Shown one piece after another: positions 11,968 to 24,648 of a stretch of DNA of 64,000 nucleotides. The notes below the pieces were generated by a model. The model saw only the letters and a list, made by a program, of their open reading frames with translations. It ran no database searches and was not told the DNA's origin. Position 1 is the stretch's first letter. Each line of letters starts with the position of its first letter. The translations under genes were made by a program, and so were the position numbers. Source of the stretch: Psammoneis japonica (taxonomy: Eukaryota). Where the stretch lies: the NCBI GenBank assembly GCA_008632985.1, contig QPGO01000027.1:310001-374000 (forward strand), read 5' to 3'.

Positions 11968-12219
11968 GGTAGCTAAAATAATTGATGATTGTGTCAACTC
12001 TGGCGGCCTCGTGGCTGTGATAATGATCAGTTTTTTTATTGTTTGTGAGGCACAACAGGAAATTAGGGTACTCGACCGAGAAATGTGACTGTCGATTCCC
12101 CGCAGCGAAAATACGACTATTTAGTGCTGATGGTGTTCGAATGATCAGAGATCGCACACGCTTCCTCGCCATGCCGTGTGTTTAAGGACATTTACAGGGT
12201 GATGGCGGTTCACTTTTAA

Positions 12220-12721
12220 CCCTTCAACCACCAGGGGGAGCAAATCTCCACGGGTGAAGATTTGCTCTACTTAAGGATGTGTGACGTGTCATGCACTTTT
12301 ATAATAATATAATGTACATAGTATAAAAAAATGTCATATCGTGTACAATCTACGTAAAGCATACCACGTACATTTACTTTTTGGGAGCAAATCTCCACCG
12401 GTGGAGATTTGCTCCCAGGGTGTGGCATCATTGCTCTATTTGTGATGGTAATTCATGATAACCTGCATTGTTAAAGGTTGAGATTTAGTTCCTCTCTGTT
12501 CATAGATGAAGCTTGCAAAAAACCCGGTGTTAAAAGGCGACATTGAACTTTCTAAATTACAAAAAGGGTGCCTCCAGATTTTCGGCGAATGCGCGTTCCA
12601 GAACAAAAATCGCGCGAACAAAACATTGCACACATCTGAAATTACTTCATTTGCTGTGTTTGTGATGCAAGCGAGCAAATCTCCACCCGTGGAGATTTGC
12701 TCAAGTCCGGTGGTTGAAGGG
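12220..12721. mobile_element. piggyBac-like MITE
   Basis: TTAA TSD at 12216-12219 and 12722-12725. TIR cccttcaaccacc / ggtggttgaaggg with CCC..GGG termini. Three internal palindromes. Normal TpA content. Confidence 0.9.
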
Positions 12722-13324
12722 TTAAGTTCTCTTTTGTCGCAATCTGTGCCTTTGGGTTCGCCAGGCACTGAGCGAGTCGAGCATCTTGATCGCGGACTGC
12801 GACTGGACATTTGTCGCTGACTCGTGTCTCGGTCATGCGGTTTGTTGCGGCGATTGTTTTTGCTGAATTCTCTTGTCAAACATGACAAGCACAACACTTT
12901 ACAGCAATTTGGGATGAGAAGCAAAGGGAGAGCCCTTTTTGGAAAACGAGAATGTCAAGGTGTCAACAATTGTCAGGGTTCGAATCACTCTTCTCATTGG
13001 AATGGTGGCCAGTTTCTCATTTCAGAAACACTTGTTCGCTCTCCCTTCGTTTTGCTGACATCATCTCATAAAAAGTTGTGCCTTCGAAACTTTGTGAATG
13101 TCCTCTGCAACATCCATAATTTCACATTGTCTTGTCATGGCTTTTGAAGGATTCAAGCCTTTGGTCATTTTTTCTTTCCCTCCCACCCACCCGGTTGAGA
13201 CACCACAGATGCAAGGGTGTTGTGGCCAGCAGCTCATGCTTGGACCTCGTCGGTTGCATCTCAGCTCTTTGAGCAACTCTGTTGCTTTTCCATGCTGTTG
13301 TGTCAGCCAGAGCTGCAGAGGCTG

Positions 13325-14094
13325 TGCGGGAAATCCGCAAGCCATGCGGCGTTTGTGGCAACGTCCAAGGCAAAAGTTAGCCGTGCATCGCCAATGAAAA
13401 CATGGCGGGTTGAATGGTCATGTTCATTCTTCCCAATTGACACATCTCATGTGCAGAATGAAGTGGATCATTTGGAATCACTCTGTTGTCGTGCAGCTGC
13501 AAATGCAAACCATGAGGCAACTGGAGCAAAGACCAAGGCAAAAGCAGAACCTCACAAGGCTGACAAAAATGTGGTGGATTGAGTGGTCATGCTCAATCTT
13601 TCATTTGACCCATCTTGTTTGCAGAATGCAGTGCATCGCACATTCCTTCTTGTGTCGCGTGGTCACAAATGCAAACCACAACGGCTCCAGAGCAAAGGCC
13701 AAGGCAAAAATGGAGCCACGTGTGAGCAATGTTGACATGTGTGATTTAATGGCAATGTTTGTTCTTCCCTTGCTCTGCCACAAGGGGCCGCTTTGTGTCG
13801 ATTTGTCGATGGATTCATTGTCGTGCATCGTTTCTCGTCGCGTCGCCAACGCGCCGAGCGCCCACGCACGCGCGCACGCACTGGTCGCCATGAGGATAAA
13901 AGCACACCCGCCTGACCACAATTGCCGTACATTGCCGCACTCCATTCGTTTTTTGTTCCCCTCCCCTGAGCCCTTTCAGTCATTCCTTCCCGCCAAATCA
14001 CCCTCATTTCCCGGGAATTCCCCAAAAGGGCAAGGTAATTCCCCCTTGCCCTTGCCATTTTGGGGAATCCCCAAACGGGCAAAACCAAGCCAAG
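13325..14094 (-). mobile_element. Second, truncated copy of the 2125-3290 element in inverted orientation
   Basis: The reverse complement from 14094 aligns with 2125-2845 (cttggcttggttttgcccgtttggggattcccca..., gaaagggctcaggggagggga...). Confidence 0.9.
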
Positions 14095-14380
14095 TGCTGC
14101 ATTGGATGGGTGAGGCAGATGTGCCTTTGGGGGGCATGTCACCAGAAGATGAAAAATCAACTGTCGTGACATGCTGTGCTGCTGCAAGTTTTGCAGCCAC
14201 CATGGCACTGCATCACACTCTCAAGGGCACAAAGCAACAAGCTTCTGTGGCATTTTCTGCCATGTTTCTGTTCTCAGCTGGAGGAAAACTGATTGATCAT
14301 CAAAATTTTCACATTTGTGCAGATTGTTTCCACAATGATCAACTTGAGCAATTGTCAATTTTGTCTTGTGGTGGTTTTTT

Positions 14381-15923
14381 AAGGATGGATTGACATGCTG
14401 TGGTCTGTTTTTTGGGAGCTTGCAATTTTTGTAAAAACAACCCGGGTGCATCACAGCAAATGCGTGTGTGTTCACAAAAAAATTCAGTGATGGGTTGACA
14501 TTTGTCCACTCGCAAGACATCACAGAGTGCTCAAACAACAGATGTGGCCATGCATGGCTTTTGACTTGTCAACTGCAGACATCTCTGTGGCCAGTCAAAT
14601 GCCCCTTGTCAGCATTCCCTGGAAAGCTGCAGCTTGCCTCCCACAAGAAGCATGACTTCAGCAAAAGTTGGCAGCTTTCTGACCTGACAACAAGGTGCAG
14701 GCACCAACAAGTGGCACATTTGAAGCACCAAATGTGCAGCTCTTGCAGCCATCTGGTGCTGGCAGTTTTGGGAGGGTTTGAAAAATGTGCAAGCGTCCAG
14801 GGATGTTTCGAGGCAGGTCAACAAGACACGGTGAAGCATGGGAAATGTGAGCCATTTTAAGGATGGATCTGGGTGGGTGCTGCAATCTAATTTAAAACAG
14901 CTTGCATTTCCCACACTTCACCATGTTGTTTTGACCTCTGCCTTGGAGATCCCCAAGCACTTGTGCATTCGTCAAGCCCTTCTTCCAGGGCTGCTGTTGT
15001 GCCTGCATGAGAGCTGCAAACTCAACACTTCAAATGCCACTTGTCAGCCCATGACCTGTTGCCAGGTTGAAAAACTGCCAATTGTCTCTAAAATTGGGCT
15101 TTTTGTGGGAGACAAGCCACAACTTTTTGGAAAGATCCAACAAGTGGCACTTGGCTGGCTGCAGACACATGTCTGCAGTTGACAAGGTGAAAGTTGCACA
15201 TGGTCACAACTGTTGTTCATGCACTCTGCAGTGTCTTTGAAGCAGACAAAGTTTGACCTGTCAACAAAACTTTGTGTTTGGCAAATGCGTGCATTTGGTG
15301 TGAAAAATCCGGGTCATTTTTGTGACAATTGTGAGCTCCCAAAAAAACAGATCTCAGCACACAGATCCATCCTTGGGTCATGATTGATTGAACATTTTTT
15401 GTTTGTTTGAGGATGAGTCATTGTTTGGCGGTTGGTTTCATTCAGAGCTCACAAATGTTCAAAAATGACCCAGACTCATTGCGCTCAATGTGCGCATTTG
15501 CCAAAAAATTCAGCAACAGGTCCAACTTTGTCCTTTTGTGAGACATGGCAGAATGCGTTGACAGTGAATGTGAAAGTTTGGGATCTCTGGAATGACAACT
15601 GCAGACATGTGTCTGCAGCCACCAGTCAAATGACAATTGTTGGCCTTTCCTGGAAAGTTGCGGCTTGTCTGCTGCAAACAGCCTGATTTTGGCAAAATGC
15701 GGTGGTTTGTTGAACATGACAACAGCACCAAATGCAACAATTGGTGTTTGAAAGTTGACAAGTGCAGTTCACACACGAGTCTGACAGCCCTGATGGGGGC
15801 CAGTCATGCTCACAAGTGTTTGGGGTTGCTCAGAGGCATCACAAAATGACACCAGCAAAGTGCGAGAAAATAAAAAAAACATGAACCATTTGAAAAATGC
15901 CGCTGAACAATGATCCATCCTCA
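14381..15923. repeat. Foldback cluster: ~480-bp inverted arms (14381-14860 / 14892-15374) plus a third related copy (~15440-15923)
   Basis: aaggatggat...tttttgggagct mirrors agctcccaaaaaaacag...atccatcctt; cttgtcaactgcagaca mirrors tgtctgcagttgacaag. The motif ggatggat(c) / gatccatcc recurs at unit ends. Confidence 0.8.
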
Positions 15924-16632
15924 AGTTGCCTGCATCGCTCATTTTCCCTCATTTAAACTTGTTAAGAACAACTTCATTTTCTCCCTTTTTCTTCCATTTG
16001 TCAGATCTCTGCCTTTGCTTGAGTCGCCTGTGTGGCTCATTTTGTCCTCATTTTGAACTTGTTAAGAACAGCTTTGTTTGTTCCCTTTTCCTTCCATTTG
16101 TCAGCTCTCTGCCTCTGTTTTGCTCTGTTGCTGCTGCACTTGTCCTTTTTTCCTGCTGGACACTGCACAACTCATCTTCCGATCTAACGCCCCCCAACAA
16201 CAATGGCACACCCCTGTCACAATCCTTTCTGTCTCCTGGTTGGGTGTCTGACAACAACAACAACAACAGCAACAAGCATGGACACAACCTGTTTGATGGG
16301 CAGACAGATGAATTGCTGTGACCACCTTGCTCAGATTCCATTTTTCTTTTCACGGCACTGCCATGGGCCAATCCGATGACACTGTCTTGATGACGGTGGT
16401 GCTCAACAAGAACATGAATCTGCGATGCCACTCGCGCTCTTGACAACAAATGCGGGGAACTTTCGTTCTGTCAAGCAACATCCTGCTTGGGTCAGCCACT
16501 TCAATGGGGGACAACGAACAACTCCAAGACACTCATACTTCGTCCATCAAAAAGGTGTGGTGGACATGACTATGTCGGCCAAAAAATAAGAACAAAAATG
16601 GGTCATTCAATGTCATGATACACTCTATCATC

Positions 16633-19600
16633 TTATCTTCTTTGGCAGCAACAAACATTATTAGAAGGACCAGCTGCGCATGCACCTCCAGAGACGGGAA
16701 CCATGCCAACATCGCAGACGGAACCAATGCTCCCAACCGACGAAATTTGGCAGTTACAAAAGAGATAATTGTTGTTGTCGAATGGCAAAGTATGACAAGC
16801 AGGAGGACCACCACCGCCACCTCCTCCTCCTCCTCCTTGGGGGGGAGGAGGTGTTGGAGCAGGAGTGGGTCTTCTACGGCAGCAACAAGCATTGTTAAAG
16901 GGACCTGTGGGGCACGCAGCGGTCGCAACGGGGACCCGACCTTGACTACAGGGTGGGGCTAGGGATCCAACGGACGATATTTCGCAGTTGCACAAGTCAA
17001 AGGCGTCGTCTTGTGCAGCATAAGCCGAACAAGAAGGTGCAGCAGGCGTGCCAGGTTCTTGGCAGTCAATGTCTGGCGCAGATAAAAAAGGGCATCCTGT
17101 GGCAACTTCCCAGCCTGTGTCGGGATTGTTGGAGGTGATGCGAAAGTCCACTCTGGTGGAACGTCCATTATCAAAAACGACATCGATATCTGTATGGCAT
17201 CCCGAGATGGGCGTCGCACCAGAATCGTAGATGCGACCGCCTTCGTCGAAAACTTCGATACGGTCTGGTATATCAAAGAAATTAAACGACATTTCAAACC
17301 TTCCCCACGTCCTTCCCATTTCCACCGAGAATTCTGTGGAAACACCTTCCCCTGGTGTAACAACAGCAGAACAAGGACGAGCTGGGGGTGGCGGGGGTGG
17401 TGTCGGTCTTGGTGTTGGTATCGGCGCAGGTGTGGGCCTTGGTGTCGGCTCGGGTGTCACAAGGCATTTTCCTCTTGACAAGGAATGGGGCTTGACAAGT
17501 CGCAACAAATGCAAATTTTGACCACTTCGTAGGAAAATCCATCGAATATAGTGTATGAGCCCGACAGCGATAGCGGAAGCGTCCCAGCAAAGTCAACTTT
17601 GTAGGACAAATCAACCTTCTCGATGCCAACCGACGCTTTGAATTCACCATCGTGCGCTGCGGCGCAAGCTGGGCTTTCATTTTCGCAGTTATTGGTACAA
17701 GCTGGGAATTGCGGTACTTGGAATGCCGCATTTACAAATACGCCAGCTGGGATTTGTTTGTTGAATGAAAAATTCTCCGTGAAGAGATATCCTGATAGGG
17801 TGGGGCTCAATCCAATGAAGCCATCGACTCCGAGAGTTCCAGTTAAGGATGATTGGGATGTCACGCCCCCATTCACTTGTGCGTCGGCACCGTCAACCCT
17901 TGTATTGAAATTTTGCCCGTCGAACTGAAAAGTCACAGTTTGAACTGGAAGATTAGCTGAGATGCTTGATTCATAGGAAAAGGCAGCTGAAGGTTGCAGC
18001 TTTATCACGATTTCAGGTTCCAGGAAGAAACCGACTTGGACATCAGGCAGCAAACCGCCAAGCCATTTGGTCTGAATTCCATAAATTGCCCTTCGAAGAA
18101 GTCGGATCTTTCGGTCGAGGATACTTGGCAGGTCACGCGACAACGTTGCCTTTCCTGACACCATTGCTTCCACCCCAAACGAGAATACCGCATCAATCCT
18201 AAGCTGACCGTCGTAATCAATGTCCATCCTTTGAAGGTTGGCAATCGCACAAACGGAGCCTTGTACCTCGGCCGTTAGCAAACGATTGTCAGTCTGTGCA
18301 TCATAGTTCAGATTAAGACAAATCTTTTCTCCTGCATTATTCCGTTCCAGTGGATCAATGTTGTTTACGATCGAAATCCTGGACGTTTCAAATAAATCAA
18401 ATGGGGACACCGATCGACCTAGCACCAACATGGAATTGCTTCCGTTCTGTCTTTTGGAATCGATGAACATATACCCATTGACGCTCAAATATTCAAACTG
18501 CTGATTTTCGTCCAGCAAACAGGAACCAAAAATGTTACCATCCACCACAAGCACTTCTGAGTTGAACAAGGAATAGCTCCACGAGGATATATCTCTATTG
18601 AAAAGAATCGAGACGCGAGCTTGACCAATGACTACGTCACACGTGACATCTTCAATCTGATCACGCAAAGGCGTCAAAGACGAAATTCCTCGTCCACGGG
18701 TGGTGACGTTATATAGCACCTCCATACTGTCTCCGGACTCTTCATCCGTAATGATTCCCGTGTCTAGGTAGTTGCTTGGCCCATCAGGATTATCGACAGT
18801 TGCCACGTTGGACAAGATGTTACCCCTTTCCTCTGGAGGACAAGGTGGCGCAGTGGCCGAAGTAAAAGACACAAAACCACTGGTTGGAAGACGCTCCGCG
18901 CGGATTTGGTCGGCTGTTCTCACCCAGATATTCTTCCTGCCAATATCGGGCATTAGCTCCAGCGGAAAGACAAGACGAACTGTGCGCCCATCAAAGGCCA
19001 TCTGTCCTTCATAGATTTTGTTATCGCGGAAGGAATTATCTTCTTCGACATCGCGGTAGAGCCCGAACTTATTCGCGGTGAAACTGATGGCGTCTAAGTG
19101 TTCGGCGTTCATGTAGATATGAGCGCCAGGTACTTCCCACTGCTGGTGCAATTCTAGTTTGATTGAGATATATTCCTCGTCGTAACGAAGAGTCAAAGAT
19201 TTCAAGTCAGCATGTGGGCCTTCATCAGTTCCATCCGAACCGAAAGCGCAGTATGTCGGCGGATCGGGTGGACAGGACGCAAACTCGCGTTACCCGAGCT
19301 TGGAAGGCGATCTGGACTGTCGGTAGCAGACGTCAGCCACATCTTTTTGGAAGCAATATCTTCAAATTGGTCAAGAGAAATCCGAAACGAAATAACCTGC
19401 TGCGATCCAACAGAATACTCGGTACTTGGGCCACCGGAAATGATGTCGTAGCTATCATCTCTGTCAGTTTGTCGAGTCAGGATAAAGCCAGTTCTGGAAA
19501 TCACAACGAGATCGTTGTGAAGATCACCGGTCATATATAGCCAGTGAAATGCCTTTTCTAACAGCGTGTGAAGATAAACATCGATGTCGAGCCATCCGTC

Positions 19601-19809
19601 CCTGTATGTTACGTCGAGCTTGTTATACTCAGGATCTGGTCCTCCAGCAGCACCAGAAGGGTCCTTGGCAAGTGAAAGAATTCCACATCCATTGGCATTT
19701 TGGGGGCTCCTCGCAAACGTCGTTCCGTTGCAAGGATGCACTTAGCCGAAAGACTGAGCAAGAGCAAGAAGAAAGAAGATTTACAATTGAACTTGGTCAG
19801 CATTTTCAT
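16633..19809 (-). CDS. Large secreted mosaic protein (~1050 aa) split by about 3 frameshifts
   Basis: Signal peptide plus ERRLRG motif, then consecutive same-strand ORFs 19202-19741, 17457-19205 and 16633-17514. Pro/Thr linkers, an IPDRIEV...DSG domain and two C-terminal modules ending CCCxR. Confidence 0.75.
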
Positions 19810-20219
19810 TTTGTTACTTCTTGATTTTGTGAGAAATGTGGTTTTGCTTTGTGTGTTTTGCTTCTTGTGTTTCCGCAACCGATTGAGTCCTGCATCGACT
19901 CTGCCACGTTGGTGGTGACGTCACATGTTTCAGTCACGAGTGTTTCTCCTGCCGGGCATCATGCAGTCACCAATCCTGCGCGAGCAGCTTGGTGATGATT
20001 CTGAGCGGGCATTGGCCATTGGTTCTCGGAGGGACGGCATGCACGTCCGTGTCCGACCGCCCCCCAACCCAAGCCAGAAAACATCATGCAGACTGCAGAC
20101 GACACGATGTCCTCACTCATGGGCCTGGGTGGGCCCAGGGGCCTGGGCTTCCTGAGCATGGAGCACCATGATGACGGCGCAGAATCTGTTGTCCTTTTCA
20201 ACGAGGCTCACATCGAAAA

Positions 20220-23200
20220 AAGTTGGCTCTGCTGAGAATCTTGATGGCGTGCTCTGCCTCATCACTGGCCATCATCTTGCATCATTTTGATGCTGCTGGC
20301 GTGCACGTGTGCAGCAGCGCCACAGTCAACGCGAGGTTCGTCATGCAAAAAAGTCTCCACACTCGAGTGGAGTGCATTTTTTTCTCTGTAGAAATTTCCA
20401 CTGGCACTGTGTGGCTCTCTTTTGAGCTGTTTCATCAGACACTTCACTCAGACTTCACTTTGTCAAATTGTCATTTTTGTCAATGCACTGTGTTGTGCCA
20501 GTTTTTTTTGTTTCAGTTGGCTCTTTTTTGCTTCGTGGCCAGCAAACTTTGTGGCATTGCAGAGAACAAAGACGAGACAATCTCCTGGAGCAAAAAACAA
20601 GAATTTTGACATCCAGAATTTCTGCAAAGCTTGGGCCTGGCCAGCAGCAGTCATTTGGGAGCCACTGCACCAAGACTTGTGCAGCCCACTTTGCAAAAAC
20701 ACACTTGCACCCCACTTTGTGAAAAATGTCACTTGATTGCTCAAACGACATTTTGGCAAAATGCAGAAGTCTCAGCAGTTGTTCCAGAACAACTGCTGGT
20801 GCTCTGCCCAGACTTTCTGGAAATCCTGGAGATGATTCCATCTTCCAGCTCAGTTTTCCAAAGCTCGCGGCATGACCAGCAAAAAAGGAGAGTCGATGCG
20901 GTGCGGCACATTTTCAAAAACAACAATTTGTCAAGGTGAGGTCTGAGTCAAGTGCTGGGCAGCACCAATGGAAATTTTTGCAGAGAAAAAAAATGTGTGA
21001 AAGCAAAGCAAAAGCCAGCGAACAATGTGCAGCGGATGGCAAATCTGTGAAGGACCCAAGCTGGGCATCAAAAAAGAACATGTGCAGCTGTGTGACTCAT
21101 GCTGAACAACATGCAGAGGATTCATGAATTGATGGTCACACCACAAACATGCAATGAGAAATGGGAGCCTTTGGAATTTCTTGTGTTTTTGTGTGTGAGA
21201 TTTCAGCAGATGATGACAATGCACGCAAAGTTTCCTTTGACTGGATGACGGCGACTCTTGGACAGCAAGCGCGCCCTTGTTTTCCAACAAACAGAGGCAA
21301 TGTTCACTTCCCCATCATCATTGTCACCACTCTCCCAGTTGACCAAAACATTCACATGAAATGACACAAGCACCCAGTGCCGCCACACACAAAAACAAGA
21401 AGGACTTTGTGGGAGGGAAAATGAAACCTCCATTCTGGCATCATGTGTCTGCTGTGGAGCAGGTTTTGAAGAAAAAAAAGGTCATTTTGCAAACTGAGGC
21501 AATGCAAGAGTGGCCATTCAACAAGCCTTGGTGGCAAAGCTTGGTCACTGAGATGTTTTGAGTTGAGCATGCATCCTCAAAAATTTGCTGCTCTCCCTCT
21601 TGGATGTCAAACAATGACAAAGAGTCTGGTGCATCATTTTCCTGTTTTCATCATCCGATGATGACTCCTCCTCTGCAATGTCTTGAAGCTTGGTCCAGTC
21701 ATCTTTTTTGCTTTGAGTGCACTTCCTTGAAAATTTTTCCTTTTCTTTTTGCAAGAAGGTGATTCACATGCTCAGCTTGATCCGCTGCTTCAAGCATTTT
21801 TTCACTCTGTTGGAGAAGATGCAACAAGGTTGAGTCTTTTGTGTCATTTTTCTGGCAACTGCCCATGTGCTCATCATCTGGCAACTCTTCCATTGTGTCT
21901 TGTTGTTTCTTCCAGGCCATTGTTTTGAGACCTTGCAAAGATTGTCCCACATGTTGCTGCCAGGACAAAGCCTCCAAAAAAGCCTCCAAGATGACCCGCA
22001 TGGTTGCGACACTGTCATTGTTTTCACAATCAGAAGTTGCTTGAGCAAGAATGGTGTGCTCCTGATGCCCTTGATGATTCTGCATGCATTCATCACAAAG
22101 TTGATGACTTTGAGTCTCAGAGAATGATCTGCACAAAATGCGCTGACATGGAGACAGGTGTCCCATCAACACACCACACATTGCTGGGCCAGATCCAATG
22201 ACAGGTTTGATTGCCTCCACACAAGAAGTGCATGAAATGGTGAACCATGGACAAGAAGGATTGAAAAAACAACTCTCATTTCATGAGTGAGGAAACTTTT
22301 GGACAGCTGAGTCTTGCCAGAGGTTTTTCTCATGATCATTTCCACAAATTCTTTGTCAAATTGACTGCAAAGAAATTGACAAAACTGGGTGCAAAGATGG
22401 CAGACCCAAAATGCACCCAACAAAAAGCCGCTTCAAACTCCATTTTGCTTTCTGATTCAAAAACAATGGCCTTCCCAAGGCACACACTCCGATCATGTCA
22501 GGTGCAAGATGACCAAGATCTCTGTGCAAAAACATGGCCACCGTCAGGCACCCAAGATTGGTTTTCTGCTGAGTGTGATGCAGTCCATGCTTCTTGTGAA
22601 TTGGGCAGAAAAAGAAGCAAAGATTGGCAACAAAGGTTGCGCCAATCATTGTCATGGATGTGATCTTCCTCAACATCCCTTCAAACATCTGCTTTCCTCC
22701 CTTTTGCCACTTTTCACTGCTCCTCTGTTTGTCTTTGTGCCACAAAGCTTTTGGAGCTTTGTGGATCCGTGTCTTTTGAAAGACATGGTTGGAAATTTTT
22801 GTGCTGATGCAGAGAATCTTTTGTGACAGATTTGACTGTGTTGGTGGGAGAGATCAGTGGTGTGGGAACAAAATGTGGGTGCAGAAATGGCCTGGAACAA
22901 TGCAACTTTCAATGAGATCCAAGAAAGTGGCCAAGACAGTGCACAGGATGATGACTTGTTCAATCAACAGCATCCTGTCCCACTCTCTTGCTGTTGAGAG
23001 TTCAAGTGGCAGCCCATTTGAGTGGGCTGCTCAACACTTGTAAAGACAAGCAACAACTTGAAAAGCACAAATGAGTCTCCATGTGTTCACTCATTCTTTG
23101 CACACCACCATCCATGAGGCAGTGTCACCTGCTCCCATGCCCCCTGTTTGACAGCATGGAGAATGTGGTGTGCACACATCAGCCAAAGTGTCCGCGGTTT

Positions 23201-24600
23201 CACCAAATCACAGTCTGGCAGATTTTCCCACATGGTGTCGGAGATGCTTGCATTCTTTCACATTGAATGTGGCACCAGCAAGATTCTTGAACACAAACGT
23301 GCTCAAAGATTTCAGCCTCTTTTCTTTTTTGCTTCAGCAGCACAGCACTTTTTGATTTTGCAAACACTGGCAAAGCCTTGTTTTAACTTGGGGTGAGATC
23401 TGGAGCTTGTTGACCCAGTTGGCATTGCAGCGGTGGAGTCCAGAGGCATGTGCCATCCAGTGGGTGGCATTGGTGGTGGAGTCAGTGATGCGCCACATGC
23501 CAAAGACATTGTCAACAAACCAGCCATCATGGCAGGTGAGATTGGTGCCAAACTCCTCCAGAAGCATGGCTTTGTAGAGCGCACAGCAGAGAGTTGCTCA
23601 TGATGGTGTGGGCAGTGCACCCACAGCAGTGTTGTTGCATTGGAGCCAGGCAGTGTCTCCAAAACATCTTGAAGGCCTTTTTTGTTGGTGCTCTCTTGGC
23701 GGAGCAACATGCCTCAGTGTGTTGGACATGCAAAGAGGAGAGCCAGTTGGGCGGGTCTTTCATTTGGACCAGTTCTCACTTCTTGAGGTCCAGAGAGCTT
23801 TTGAAGTGTGAATTCTGGTTTTGTGCAACTTGGCGCAGCTTGCAATCTGCCCAGATGCCAAGCTGTGGAGCAGGCTGGATCACTTGCTGAAACAACTGGG
23901 GGAAAAGATCACAGCGGCAGGGGCTTGTGCTCAATGGGAGCTGTTCAGAGCTGCCCTTTTGCCAGAGGCAAAACTCTACAAATCTGCCCCCCTTGTTGTG
24001 CTTTGCACACCAGCTGTGCCCTGCGTGCACTGGCCACAAAGATGTGGCCTTTGCCAGATCATCTCATGAGAGGCGCACATTTTTTGCCAGCAAGCTGAAA
24101 TTTTTTGAGCCATGGTGCACACTGTGTTCTTGGCACTGTTTGAGAGGCTGCTTTTCTTCCAACAACCCAGAACACTTTGTCAGACAACAATTTTGTTGCT
24201 TGCCTTCAGAGACAGGCAACCAGCTTCTGAAAAGCGCTCTTTTTGCCTCCACTTGGTTGGGGGCTTGTTGTTTTTGTTTGTGTTGCGCTGATTGCTCTCA
24301 CACACAATTCGCAGATTTGAGAATTGAGAAGAGAGTGTGTCACTTTTCAGTGTTTCAGATTGGAGGCATTTTCTCCAGAAGGATGGCATTCTCATCTTTG
24401 CACCCGATTTCAGCCAGCCACTTCTGCCAGATGTTTTTTCGGAATGTTCCGAACGCTTCCAGCTTGGGCTCAAGACGGCGTGCGCCAGTCGACGAACTTT
24501 TGATACGACTGCGCCTGCGCCTCCGGCTGGTTGCGCTTCCCTCCACCCTCCACCCTGCAGCTGCAGCACCACAAAAGAAGAGACAAAAACACGGACCTTG
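20220..24600. mobile_element. Heavily mutated repeat block, possibly a DNA transposon relic (family not identified)
   Basis: About 4.4 kb almost devoid of TpA and mostly poor in CpG. Only broken C/H/Q-rich ORFs; no termini found. Confidence 0.5.
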
Positions 24601-24648
24601 AACAACCTTGAAAACTATCTCCCGTACATGAGAGCATTTGTTTCACCA

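Noticed and set aside
20123..20156. Helitron 3' hairpin (cctggg-tggg-cccagg)
   Set aside because: No matching 5' end or Rep/helicase remnant could be identified; too short to support.
20223..24601. Dozens of overlapping 60-220 aa ORFs as genes
   Set aside because: They are nearly Tyr-free, C/H/Q-rich and show no recognisable motifs; explained by stop-codon loss in TpA-depleted DNA.
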